A DNA stretch of 39,564 nucleotides from an uncultured bacterium (GTDB lineage Bacteria > Calditrichota > Calditrichia > RBG-13-44-9): assembly GCA_965370645.1 (NCBI GenBank), contig CBDUVK010000002.1, forward strand, positions 1 to 39,564, read 5' to 3'. Below are positions 1-8,838 of the stretch, one piece after another. The notes beneath the pieces were generated by a model. The model searched no databases, was not told the origin of the DNA, and saw only the letters and a program-made list of their open reading frames with translations. The translations under genes were made by a program, and so were the position numbers. Numbering within the stretch: position 1 is the stretch's first letter; the number at the start of each line of letters is the position of its first letter.

Positions 1-1347
1 GAGGATAAAGTGAATACACCTCTGGGCAATCTTCCTCCGGAAACAGATATATTTGTAGCCTCCCAGGATACCCTTAATTATACCCAGAGCATCCAGCACA
101 TTTTCTGGGACGGCCGCGATCCGGATGGATTTATTACGGGATTCTATTATTCATGGGTAGAAAATCCCCAACCCTCTGATTGGACTTTTACCACCGAACA
201 GTCCAGGGTTTTTCCCTTAAAAATTACCGGTGAGGATACCATATATCTATTTCAGGTTAAAGCGGTGGATGATGAAGGTTTGGAAGATCCCACACCGGCA
301 AAACAAAATTTTCCCATCCGGAATTCACCACCGGAATTGAAATGGACCCTTGCCAGCCTGATCCCCGATACCACTTTTACGGTAGCAACTTTTATTTGGA
401 AGGTCTCCGATCTGGACGGTGATTCCACTATCGACCATTTCGACTACACCCTGGATGATGACACCCTGAACTGGCGTAGAATTCCGGGATATTTACGTTC
501 CATAACTCTCAATGCAGACAGTGGTCTCAGCGAAGGTCCTCATTCATTCACTATCCGCGCTGTGGATATTGCCGGGGCGCAGAGTGAAGTACTAAGGATG
601 CCGGAAAATGCAGGAGATTTCTGGTTTGTGAAGGAGCCCCGAGGACGTTACCTGTTGATTGACGATTTTGAAAATGAGAGCGCCACCGTAGGATATCCCG
701 ATGCTTTCTATAAGGGCATGATGGGACGTGTAGTGGTTCCCCAAGGGGAAAATTATAGCTACTGGAATATTGAAGAGCAGTTTCCGGCCTCCAATGAACA
801 ATTTATACAGACATTGAACTTGTTTGATTATATCATCTGGTATACCGATATATCACGCGAGACAGATGAGCACTTTATTGCGGCCCAGCTTGCAGTTCCA
901 CAGTTCTTAAACCGGGCACCACGCGAAGGGGGAAAAATTATCTACAGTACCATGTTCGATCAGAATTTTGGTACCCAGGGAAATCCGTTGGGATTTACCC
1001 CGGTCAGCGCTCTGAGTGTGGAAGATTATCGCTGCTTTCCTGGAAATATATATAATCCTGATTCACTCTTTTTCTCAGCATTTCCCAATATTCTTACACT
1101 GCCGGTATTAAAAGTGTCCGAATTTTTTGTAGGAATCAAAGCGCTCATACCAAAATCTACCGCTGTTCCTGTCTATCGGTTCCAGAATCCGTCTCCTCCC
1201 AATGATACCCCGCTGTTTATAATCATTGGAAGAAATGATAATACCGGCTTATATGACTTTGTTTTCTCTGCAACGCCGTTACATCAGTTGAAAGGCAATA
1301 ATAATCTCGATGACTTTTTTGATATAGTACTGAATGAAATATTCTAA
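1..1347 (+). CDS. Secreted or cell-surface protein of unknown function, probably 5'-truncated by the window edge. It has two tandem beta-sandwich-like modules and a C-terminal domain.
   Basis: Frame 1 is open from base 1 (GAG GAT AAA precede the GTG at 10), so the ORF probably continues upstream. There is an internal repeat: FWDGRDPDGFITGFYY...FQVKAVDDEG versus FIWKVSDLDGDSTIDHFDY...FTIRAVDIAG. I recognised no catalytic motif. Confidence 0.6.
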   Translation, partial: EDKVNTPLGNLPPETDIFVASQDTLNYTQSIQHIFWDGRDPDGFITGFYYSWVENPQPSDWTFTTEQSRVFPLKITGEDTIYLFQVKAVDDEGLEDPTPAKQNFPIRNSPPELKWTLASLIPDTTFTVATFIWKVSDLDGDSTIDHFDYTLDDDTLNWRRIPGYLRSITLNADSGLSEGPHSFTIRAVDIAGAQSEVLRMPENAGDFWFVKEPRGRYLLIDDFENESATVGYPDAFYKGMMGRVVVPQGENYSYWNIEEQFPASNEQFIQTLNLFDYIIWYTDISRETDEHFIAAQLAVPQFLNRAPREGGKIIYSTMFDQNFGTQGNPLGFTPVSALSVEDYRCFPGNIYNPDSLFFSAFPNILTLPVLKVSEFFVGIKALIPKSTAVPVYRFQNPSPPNDTPLFIIIGRNDNTGLYDFVFSATPLHQLKGNNNLDDFFDIVLNEIF

Positions 1348-1356
1348 GAATATTGA

Positions 1357-4209
1357 ATGCTTATGAAAAAAGTAAACATCATAATTTTATTATTATATGT
1401 TGCGGGATTACTTTTTGCCCAGGTAGACACCCGGGGCTCTCTTAAAGGGATCATAAAGGATTCCCAGAGTGGAGATCCGCTGGTAGGTGTCAATATCGTC
1501 GTCTTGGGTACCTATTTGGGTGCCTCCAGTGATGAGGACGGCTTTTATCTGATTTCGGATATGAAATCAGGAGAGTATACCCTTGAAGTAAGTTATATCG
1601 GTTATAAAGTAATACGCAGAACGGGGGTGAGAGTGGAAGTAGGGGAGAGTTTCACTCTTAATTTTGAACTCGAATCCACGGCTCTGGCGCTGGGTCAGGA
1701 AATTGTGGTGATTGGAGAAAAACCTCTCATCCAATTTGATGAGACCAGTACCACTCGGAGAATGACCAGCCAGGATATTTCCAATCAGACTTTTGAAGAT
1801 GTTAAATCTGTTGTTTCCACCCAGGTAGGGGTTGTAAATCAAGATGACCAACTCCATATTCGGGGAGGCCGGTCTTACGAAGCTCAATATCTCCTGGATG
1901 GTGTTTCCGTGCAGGATCCCCTCTCCGGAACAGGTTTTGGATTGAATATTAGTGCCAATGCCATCGAAGAGGTCAATGTGATTACCGGGGGTTTTGATGC
2001 GGAGTATGGACAGGCTACTTCAGGTATTGTGAGTGTCCGGACCAAATCGGGGACTGACCGGTTTGAGGGATTCGCTTCTTATAAGAGCGATCATTTTGGA
2101 GTTTTTCAGGATCAATCCTGGAGTTTTAATGCAGATATCATAGAGTTTAATCTGAGCGGACCGGAACCGATCACCAGTTTCGCCCTTTCCGGATTAAATC
2201 TGCGAATACCCGGTAGAATCTATTTTTTCGGAAATTTTTATGCCCATCTTGCTGATGATTATACCAGGCGTACCGCTAACCAGCTTTATTCTTCGATTTC
2301 GCCTACCCTTAGGCTTTTTGGAAGAAATGTACTGACCCCCACTTCACTGGCTCCCCGCCAAAATAACAACTGGTCGGGCTTGTTTAAATTGACCTGGAAA
2401 ATGAATCCCACCCAGGAATTGATATTTTCATATAATCGTTCCATTACCATAAATCAAAATACCCAGGCTCTACAAACCACTCTTGAGTATGTCGAACCGG
2501 GTCCAGGCTTTCCCTATGATTACTCCATGAATCTGGATATATTTAACACCTATACCCATGATAATGAGAAACTCTCTTTTCTGTGGCGGCATACCCTCAA
2601 CAATACCACTTTCTATGCATTACAGCTGAGCCAATACTGGGCACATCTGCGATCCGACTGGAATGGAGAACACTGGACTGTCTATGGTAAACCAATTGAT
2701 GTGGCCCGGTTGCCTGTGCAATATTATATCCCCAGCAATGATTCAACAAAAGTCCGCATTATTCCTGGTGATGGATTCTATGATTACGGTAATTCCACCT
2801 TCTGGCACGACCACTATATTGAATGGTATACCTTTAGAGGCGATTTAACAAAGCTTTTCGGTAATATCCATACCGTTAAAGTGGGATTTGAAAGTGCCTT
2901 CAAAGAGATGCAAATGATTGATATTGTGGATCCCTGGCTGGAAGGGGGTTTTGGTTCAACCCAGGATATCTACCGGGTCTTTCCGGCTGACGGGGCCATC
3001 TATGCGCAGGATAATATAAAATTTGAGGGTTTTTACCTTAATGTGGGTGCCCGGCTGGACTACTGGATGCCCGGTGAGTTTGTAGATCAGGCGGTGCAGG
3101 ATACCACCAATCTCCTCACACCGGAAATGAGACAGGGTTATCTGGATAATACCTATAAACTATTTGGACATCGATTTAAATTGCGATTCATGCCAAGGGT
3201 TGCGGTATCACATCCGGTGTCAGATAATCTGATGCTATTTTTTAATTATGGACATTTTTCAAAATTGCCCAGGCCACAATTTGTTTATGCAAAATTGAGT
3301 GGAGTGAGTTCAAAATCTGCCTACCAGAAATTTGGAAATCCCAATCTTAATCCGGAGACTTCCGTGAAGTATGAGTTGGGATTCCGGTACAAACTTAATA
3401 AAAACAATGTGTTTAATTTTACTGCATATTATACGGACATTTTTGACTATGTTCAAACCACTACCATCCGTGGGATTCCCCGGGTTGGTTCAGCGATTTT
3501 CTATATTAATCTTGACTATGCGCGCTCTCGAGGAATTGAAGGAGAATTTCGCACTCGAATGGGAACCTACTTCTCAGCTGTCTTCAATGGTTCCTTTGCA
3601 TTGACAACCACCAAGGCGTCCTCACCTGATGTTGGTTTGTTAGTAGCACAGGGAAGTATAAACGAAGAACCCATCAAAGAATCTTATGCTCGATGGGACA
3701 GGCCATGGCAGCTTTCTTTCAATCTAAATTACAATGTACCTAGTGGAAGAGCCCCGAGTATTTTTGGGGTAAAAATATTTGATGATTGGAACCTCAATTT
3801 TAGATGGTTTGGCATGGCGGGGAGACGTTATACGCCTGTTGAATTTAATTATTTCCGGCCGGAAGATGGAAGACCGGTATACACCACGGCGATCGATCAG
3901 AGCCTTCGTTACAGTCAAGTCGGGAATTTCTGGCAGTGGGCAGATGTCAGTTTTAGAAAGTTTTTTGCCATCTACCGAATGCGATATATTTTTAGTATTG
4001 AAGTCACAAATATTTTTAATTTCCGGAATACCAATATTATCAATAATGTAACTGGGACTGGTTATGAGTATGGCGATCCGACGCCTCTCAGTTGGAATGA
4101 TCCGCTCTATCCGGATCGCTTTTATCCTATTTCGAGTCCTTTTCCGTTTAATCCAGCCAGGTATAGAGAACCGCGGCAAATCCGTTTCGGAATATCACTG
4201 GAGTTTTAA
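1357..4209 (+). CDS. TonB-dependent outer-membrane receptor with an N-terminal carboxypeptidase-regulatory-like domain
   Basis: Signal peptide (KKVNIIILLLYVAGLLFAQ). CarboxypepD_reg-like segment (GSLKGIIKDSQSGDPLVGVNIVVLG...GEYTLEVSYIGYK). Plug-like segment (LHIRGGRSYEAQYLLDGVSVQDP). Long beta-barrel region ending in a terminal aromatic residue (RFGISLEF). Confidence 0.85.
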   Translation: MLMKKVNIIILLLYVAGLLFAQVDTRGSLKGIIKDSQSGDPLVGVNIVVLGTYLGASSDEDGFYLISDMKSGEYTLEVSYIGYKVIRRTGVRVEVGESFTLNFELESTALALGQEIVVIGEKPLIQFDETSTTRRMTSQDISNQTFEDVKSVVSTQVGVVNQDDQLHIRGGRSYEAQYLLDGVSVQDPLSGTGFGLNISANAIEEVNVITGGFDAEYGQATSGIVSVRTKSGTDRFEGFASYKSDHFGVFQDQSWSFNADIIEFNLSGPEPITSFALSGLNLRIPGRIYFFGNFYAHLADDYTRRTANQLYSSISPTLRLFGRNVLTPTSLAPRQNNNWSGLFKLTWKMNPTQELIFSYNRSITINQNTQALQTTLEYVEPGPGFPYDYSMNLDIFNTYTHDNEKLSFLWRHTLNNTTFYALQLSQYWAHLRSDWNGEHWTVYGKPIDVARLPVQYYIPSNDSTKVRIIPGDGFYDYGNSTFWHDHYIEWYTFRGDLTKLFGNIHTVKVGFESAFKEMQMIDIVDPWLEGGFGSTQDIYRVFPADGAIYAQDNIKFEGFYLNVGARLDYWMPGEFVDQAVQDTTNLLTPEMRQGYLDNTYKLFGHRFKLRFMPRVAVSHPVSDNLMLFFNYGHFSKLPRPQFVYAKLSGVSSKSAYQKFGNPNLNPETSVKYELGFRYKLNKNNVFNFTAYYTDIFDYVQTTTIRGIPRVGSAIFYINLDYARSRGIEGEFRTRMGTYFSAVFNGSFALTTTKASSPDVGLLVAQGSINEEPIKESYARWDRPWQLSFNLNYNVPSGRAPSIFGVKIFDDWNLNFRWFGMAGRRYTPVEFNYFRPEDGRPVYTTAIDQSLRYSQVGNFWQWADVSFRKFFAIYRMRYIFSIEVTNIFNFRNTNIINNVTGTGYEYGDPTPLSWNDPLYPDRFYPISSPFPFNPARYREPRQIRFGISLEF

Positions 4210-4227
4210 GTGTAGTTGGAGATTTAT

Positions 4228-5217
4228 ATGAGGAACACCCTAATCCTGATCCTGTTCATTTTTATTCATCAGGTAATCTATGCCCAATTATTGCCTAATT
4301 TAGGGGGACAACGGGTGGGTACCTCTGCTGCTCAGTTTCTTAAAATTGGTGTAGGTCCCCGTGCTGAGGCGATGGGACAGGCCTACATCGCTATTGCAAA
4401 TGATGCTGAGGCTCTTTTTTACAACCCAGCCGGTATTTCGCAATTTGATAAGAACGAAGTGTTTTTCTCCAACACCCAATGGATTGTCGATATTCAACTT
4501 GAATATTTGGGCCTGGTTTATCATTTGGATGGCGTCAATACAGTTGGACTGGCGGTAACTTATTTACACACTGAGGAAATGGAGGAGACCACTGAATTAT
4601 TCCCCTATGGTACCGGCAATTTCTTTCGCTATGCGGATGCCCTCATCGGATTATCATATTCAAGAAAAATGACCGATAAATTCAGTTTTGGTATCTCTGT
4701 GAAATACATGCATGAGACACTGGCTGAATTGACCATGAGCTCCCTGCTGTTCGATTTGGGAACTTACTATAAGACGGGTTGGAAATCGATCAGATTTGCC
4801 GTAGCTGTAACTAATTTTGGGGGTGATATGGCACCTTCAGGTAGTTTTACCTACAAAAATCTTGATAATGAACAGATTACCAAGAGTGACTTTCAAAAAT
4901 TTCCACCGCCAATCCTCTTCAGAATTGGTGTTGCCGGCGAATTATATCAGACAGAAAATAACATGATTTCAGGTTCTGTCCAGTTGAACCATCCCAATGA
5001 TAATGTCGAAAATGTAAATTTTGGATTGGAATACTGGTGGCGAAAAACGTTTGCCCTGCGGGCCGGATTTGCAACCGCCAGGACTGAAGAGAATTTTTCC
5101 ACCGGTTTTGGTTTGCTCATCCCGCTTAAAGGGATTGGGGTGGGGGTCGACTATTCTTTCTCAAATTTTGGCAGACTTGGTTATGTGAATAGGTTCGCTT
5201 TGAACATACAGTTTTAA
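4228..5217 (+). CDS. PorV/PorQ-family-like outer-membrane beta-barrel protein
   Basis: N-terminal signal peptide followed by the family-typical motif GTSAAQFLKIGVGPRAEAMGQAYIAIANDAEALFYNPAGI. Alternating beta-strand pattern with a C-terminal Phe (ALNIQF). I prefer the ATG at 4228, which has GGAG 6 nt upstream, over the track's TTG at 4216. Confidence 0.7.
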   Translation: MRNTLILILFIFIHQVIYAQLLPNLGGQRVGTSAAQFLKIGVGPRAEAMGQAYIAIANDAEALFYNPAGISQFDKNEVFFSNTQWIVDIQLEYLGLVYHLDGVNTVGLAVTYLHTEEMEETTELFPYGTGNFFRYADALIGLSYSRKMTDKFSFGISVKYMHETLAELTMSSLLFDLGTYYKTGWKSIRFAVAVTNFGGDMAPSGSFTYKNLDNEQITKSDFQKFPPPILFRIGVAGELYQTENNMISGSVQLNHPNDNVENVNFGLEYWWRKTFALRAGFATARTEENFSTGFGLLIPLKGIGVGVDYSFSNFGRLGYVNRFALNIQF

Positions 5218-5232
5218 AAGGGGTATTGTTTT

Positions 5233-6363
5233 ATGTATAAAATATGTTTTGGGATTTCGTTAGCATTATTCATGTTAATGTTTCAATGTAATCACGAAAA
5301 ATATCCGCTGCCATCCATTCCCAGTGAAGAAGATCGCTATGAGAATTTAAATAAGGCTGTTTATAATTTGTTAAATCCAATCCTGGATGACGAAAATGGT
5401 TATTCATTTCGCAATCCATCTGATATCTATTTTGGCGTGGACAATTTCGTATATGTCTGTAATACGGATGCGAATCAAATCATTATGATGGACGTCGGCG
5501 GCACCATCCAGGGAATATCCCAATTTATAGAGCACCCTGAAGCTATCACCCAGAATGATAGCCTTGATCTTCTTATCGTTAATAAAACAAATAAAATCTT
5601 TAAAATCGATATGTATGCTGCAGCTCATAATATTGCCGCTGCCCCAATTGAGGTTGTATACGAACAGGCCAGTGAACCGACCCGTCAATTTACCGGAATC
5701 TCCGTTTATAACGGTTTTGAATATTATGTAACAGTGATAGAACCTGAAGATAGCAGTAGTAATTTTGTGGAGTTCAGTTTTATCTATGATTTTTATGCAA
5801 ATCACACCTTGAAAGGAAAGTTACCTTTTGAAGTGAATGGGACCGCACTCTTCTCCACGATTTTACCTACCGCTGTTGTCTCCTTACGAGAAATGTTCCT
5901 GGATATTTCAAGCCGTGAAAATACCACCCAGTTTATGTTTACTCACACCGGCAGAACCAGCCTGCTCGAAAATGCTTATAAATTTCAGCATATTACCACC
6001 CGACTTTTTGAGGGTCAGGAAATATTAACGCCTAATACCTCTTTTATCGGAACAGACATTTATGCTGTTGATAAATTTTGGAATTTAGAAGATGTAGCTA
6101 TTGATAAAAATGGATTCATATTTCTGGTAGACGCCGGCCGGTCTGTTGCAGATTCTTTATCCGATCGTCCGCTCCCCGGTTTTTACCGCTTTGCGGGAAA
6201 CTCAGGAAAACAAATACAATCCGTCCTGGGTATTGGCAATGGTGCTAAACAGTTCAATAATCCCAAAGGAATTGCGGTAACTCCGGTGTTGGAAGAACAA
6301 ATGGTTTATATAGCAGATTCCGGTAATAATCGGGTGATGCGGTTTCAATTGTCCACCCAATGA
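5233..6363 (+). CDS. NHL-repeat (beta-propeller) protein, probably a lipoprotein
   Basis: Signal peptide ending in Cys (LALFMLMFQC). NHL-like repeats: FNNPKGIAVTPVLEEQMVYIADSGNNRVMRFQ and FRNPSDIYFGVDNFVYVCNTDANQIIMMD. AAGGGG lies upstream of the ATG. Confidence 0.65.
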   Translation: MYKICFGISLALFMLMFQCNHEKYPLPSIPSEEDRYENLNKAVYNLLNPILDDENGYSFRNPSDIYFGVDNFVYVCNTDANQIIMMDVGGTIQGISQFIEHPEAITQNDSLDLLIVNKTNKIFKIDMYAAAHNIAAAPIEVVYEQASEPTRQFTGISVYNGFEYYVTVIEPEDSSSNFVEFSFIYDFYANHTLKGKLPFEVNGTALFSTILPTAVVSLREMFLDISSRENTTQFMFTHTGRTSLLENAYKFQHITTRLFEGQEILTPNTSFIGTDIYAVDKFWNLEDVAIDKNGFIFLVDAGRSVADSLSDRPLPGFYRFAGNSGKQIQSVLGIGNGAKQFNNPKGIAVTPVLEEQMVYIADSGNNRVMRFQLSTQ

Positions 6364-6477
6364 TTGCCATTTACCAGATAAATTTCAGCTAATATTTTAA
6401 ATGATCCTTCATTAAAAAAGTGAAGAAATCTCTTCTTCGCGAAGTAAATGATAAAATAAAGTTACCCGTAATTACCT

Positions 6478-7845
6478 ATGTCTGCCGGAAAATCTCTCTT
6501 AAGAATTTTTAACACCAGAGATGCATATGTATTGATTGTGGGCAATATTATCGGGATTGGAATTTTTACCACAACCGGCTATATTTCCCAGTTTGTGAAT
6601 GATACAGGCACATTAATCTTCCTCTGGCTGTTGGGTGGATTTCTCGCCTTCTGTGGCGGTCTCACCTATGCTGAACTTGCTTCGCGCATTCCCAATGCCG
6701 GTGGGGATTTCCACTATCTTTCCCGGGCTTTTCACCCATTACTCGGATTTTTATTTGGTTGGTCAGCTTTACTCGTTACCTATACAGGTTCAATTGCTGT
6801 TATCTCGGTAGGATTTGGTTACTATTTTATAAATTTTTTACCTTATGAAATTCAGATTTTTTCCCTCACTATCCCCGTAATCGGATTAAAACTTACCTCA
6901 ATTAGAATTTTTGCTATTGTGATAACATTAATATTTACTTTCATAAACCACAAGGGTGTTCGAAAGGGATTACAATGGCAGGGAATTTTAACCTTTTCAA
7001 GTATCTTTGTCCTGCTCGCCTACATCCTGATCGGGTTTTCTTCTCCAAAAGGGGAGTGGGCAAATATGTATCCCCTTCTTCCGGATAAAATCTCTTTTTC
7101 AATGCTTTCCCGCATCGGGGTAGCTTTAATTGGTGTTTATTTTACCTATTCCGGATGGACGGTTCTGGCTTATGTTGCAGGTGAAGTGAAAGATCCAAAC
7201 TATGCCATTCCCAGAGCAACTCTTTTGGGTGTCATCACCGTGGTAATCTTCTATGTCTTGATAAATTTCGTCTATATTCTCGCACTACCATTAGTGGAGA
7301 TGCGAAATATAGTGGATATAGGATATGTGGCATTTGAAAACTTATGTGGAGGTGGATTGACGGCTGTATTTACGGTTATGATTCTTATTGCCGTTACCAG
7401 CACTTTGAATTCCACTATTCTCTCCGGGGCAAGAATTTACTATGCGATGAGTCGGGAAGGGCTGTTTTTTAAAAGATTTGGGCAGTTGCATAAAGAGTTT
7501 GATACCCCGAGCCAGGCACTGTGGTTGCAATTCGGTTGGACTGTTATTTTGATATTATCGGGAAGTTTTAATCAGCTGCTGACCTATACGGTATTTGTGA
7601 TGGTGGTCTTTGGTGCGCTCTCAGGCATTGGTCTCTTTATTCTCAGACGTAAACAGATTCAGCAGGAAAAACCATATTTAGCCTGGGGATATCCGGTTAC
7701 ACCAATTATTTACATCTTAATTACCTGCTGGATTATGATAAACACCTTTATGGATCAACCGCAGGAAACATTGGCGGGCATAATATTGGTGAGCTCAGGT
7801 ATACCATTTTATTATTATTTTCAAAAAAAGGTTACGAAGGAATAA
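6478..7845 (+). CDS. APC-superfamily amino acid permease
   Basis: About 12 predicted hydrophobic helices. N-terminal APC-type motifs: GNIIGIGIFTTTG and LTYAELASRIPNAGGDFHY. Confidence 0.85.
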   Translation: MSAGKSLLRIFNTRDAYVLIVGNIIGIGIFTTTGYISQFVNDTGTLIFLWLLGGFLAFCGGLTYAELASRIPNAGGDFHYLSRAFHPLLGFLFGWSALLVTYTGSIAVISVGFGYYFINFLPYEIQIFSLTIPVIGLKLTSIRIFAIVITLIFTFINHKGVRKGLQWQGILTFSSIFVLLAYILIGFSSPKGEWANMYPLLPDKISFSMLSRIGVALIGVYFTYSGWTVLAYVAGEVKDPNYAIPRATLLGVITVVIFYVLINFVYILALPLVEMRNIVDIGYVAFENLCGGGLTAVFTVMILIAVTSTLNSTILSGARIYYAMSREGLFFKRFGQLHKEFDTPSQALWLQFGWTVILILSGSFNQLLTYTVFVMVVFGALSGIGLFILRRKQIQQEKPYLAWGYPVTPIIYILITCWIMINTFMDQPQETLAGIILVSSGIPFYYYFQKKVTKE

Positions 7846-7905
7846 TTTAGAAATTTCATTTGAGATGGAAAATAAGTAAAAGGTAGTTTCCCTAATAACT
7901 TGAAA

Positions 7906-8233
7906 CCCCACGTTCCCCCTCCTTACTAAGCATTACTGTCCGTTTAAGAGAGCTAATGACTATTCATAATAAAGTAATAATAGCATTTAAAGATTAGAGT
8001 TATTTAGAGAAATTCATATTCAGCTGGTAGAATTGACCCACCCCTAAATCCCCTCCCTTATGTCACGCCAGTGGGCGGATCCGGCTACCGACGGACATAA
8101 GGGAGGGGAAAGGCCCTATTTATAGGGCTAGGGGAGGGTCACAGGAAACAGCCAATTTAGAGAAATCGATAAAATGATGAAAATTCATTTTTATCCGGAC
8201 AGGATTGCTTAGTAAGGAGGGGGGCTATGGGGG
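7906..8233. repeat. Outer imperfect inverted repeat (arms of about 37 nt) enclosing a noncoding segment of about 250 bp
   Basis: The left arm 7906-7942 is the reverse complement of the right arm 8196-8233. There is a perfect 18-bp core: ccccctccttactaagca (7915-7932) against tgcttagtaaggaggggg (8206-8223). Confidence 0.7.
8035..8140. repeat. Inner palindromic unit that can fold as a three-helix junction
   Basis: H1 pairs 8035-8046 with 8129-8140 (11 of 12). H2 pairs 8050-8064 (cccctcccttatgtc) with 8094-8108 (gacataagggagggg), a perfect 15 bp around a 29-nt GC-rich loop. H3 pairs 8113-8118 with 8123-8128 (6 bp, 4-nt loop). The unit is flanked by the 12-bp direct repeat atttagagaaat at 8002-8013 and 8155-8166. 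Confidence 0.65.
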
Positions 8234-8460
8234 TGGTTAATAATAAAATAGGAGGGAAAATAATGCCGGCCGAGACTCATACCAGTCTGTCTGGCGCCCA
8301 TCTGGCACGGCGTAGCCGGACATGGCTTTGCCGGACCGGTAACCGGATAGACAGTCAGAATATTTATGAAACAGTACCCCTGATTATCTAGCGATTTTTC
8401 ATTAAGATCGATTTTAACTAAATCACATTCTTTGACTAGGTACTAGTGTCTTGAATACAA

Positions 8461-8493
8461 TAAAAAACCCGATTTTCAGAGAGGAAAACCGGG
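8461..8493 (-). terminator. Rho-independent terminator of the cold-shock gene
   Basis: The - strand reads cccggtttt-cctctctg-aaaatcggg followed by a T-run, 24 nt downstream of the csp stop. Confidence 0.7.
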
Positions 8494-8516
8494 TAATGCT
8501 TTGAGACGAGATGATG

Positions 8517-8729
8517 CTATTCTTCAGGCATTTTTACATTATCTGCCTGGTATTTTCCGTTTTTCCCCAACTTGAGTTCGTAATCCACTTTCTGTCCTTC
8601 CTTCAGAGTTTTGAAACCCTCACTTCCGATTGCTGAATAATGAACGAAAACATCATCCCCACCATCGTCGGGAACTATGAAACCCCATCCCTTGTTCTCA
8701 TTAAACCATTTTACAGTACCAGTGGGCAT
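8517..8729 (-). CDS. csp: CspA-family cold-shock protein
   Basis: [34 protein letters not shown] contains RNP1-like (KGWGFI) and RNP2-like (VFVHY) motifs. I chose the start at the internal Met (8729), with GGAGG 11 nt upstream. The track's N-terminal extension is atypical for Csp proteins. Confidence 0.9.
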   Translation of the reverse strand: MPTGTVKWFNENKGWGFIVPDDGGDDVFVHYSAIGSEGFKTLKEGQKVDYELKLGKNGKYQADNVKMPEE

Positions 8730-8780
8730 ATAAAAAACTACCTCCATCAAAAAAGATCATTTAACCTCTCCAACATAACA

Positions 8781-8830
8781 CTTACGGATTTTGAATTAAC
8801 GAAATGGGTCAGAGAGGAGATATCCGTAAG
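8781..8830 (-). promoter_or_regulatory. Hairpin at the 5' end of the predicted csp leader
   Basis: A perfect 9-bp stem, cttacggat (8781-8789) against atccgtaag (8822-8830), with a 32-nt loop. It lies between the predicted promoter and the RBS. Confidence 0.45.
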
Positions 8831-8838
8831 TTTAAAAA

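Noticed and set aside
4228-5217. Calling a type IX secretion system from the PorV/PorQ-like barrel
   Set aside because: No other T9SS component is visible. No T9SS C-terminal sorting domain appears in the neighbouring proteins. The family occurs outside T9SS-bearing organisms.
1357-6363. Calling the receptor locus a polysaccharide utilisation locus (SusC/SusD)
   Set aside because: There is no SusD-like gene, glycoside hydrolase or hybrid two-component or ECF regulator in the neighbourhood.
8035-8140. Three-way junction as a hammerhead or other self-cleaving ribozyme
   Set aside because: The junction strands (aat, aaag, none) lack the CUGAnGA and GAAA hammerhead core. I could see no twister, pistol or hatchet signatures.
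8141-8155. caggaaacagcca resembling the SRP (4.5S) RNA GGAAGCAGCC domain IV motif
   Set aside because: There is no symmetric or asymmetric loop partner strand and no closing GNRA hairpin in the right register. It is most likely a chance match.
8099-8160. Superficial resemblance of gggaggggaaaggccctatttatagggctaggggagggtcacaggaaac to the RNase P RNA P4 / GGAGGAAAGUCCGGGC region
   Set aside because: The invariant AGUCCGGGC core and the 3' ACAGAACCCGGCUUA partner are absent. The overall helix layout does not fit type A or type B RNase P RNA.
7906-8260. Repeated GGGAGGGG / CCCCTCC motifs as a CRISPR-like or tandem-repeat array
   Set aside because: The motifs are arms of inverted repeats. They are irregularly spaced, have no uniform repeat-spacer periodicity, and there are no cas genes in the window.
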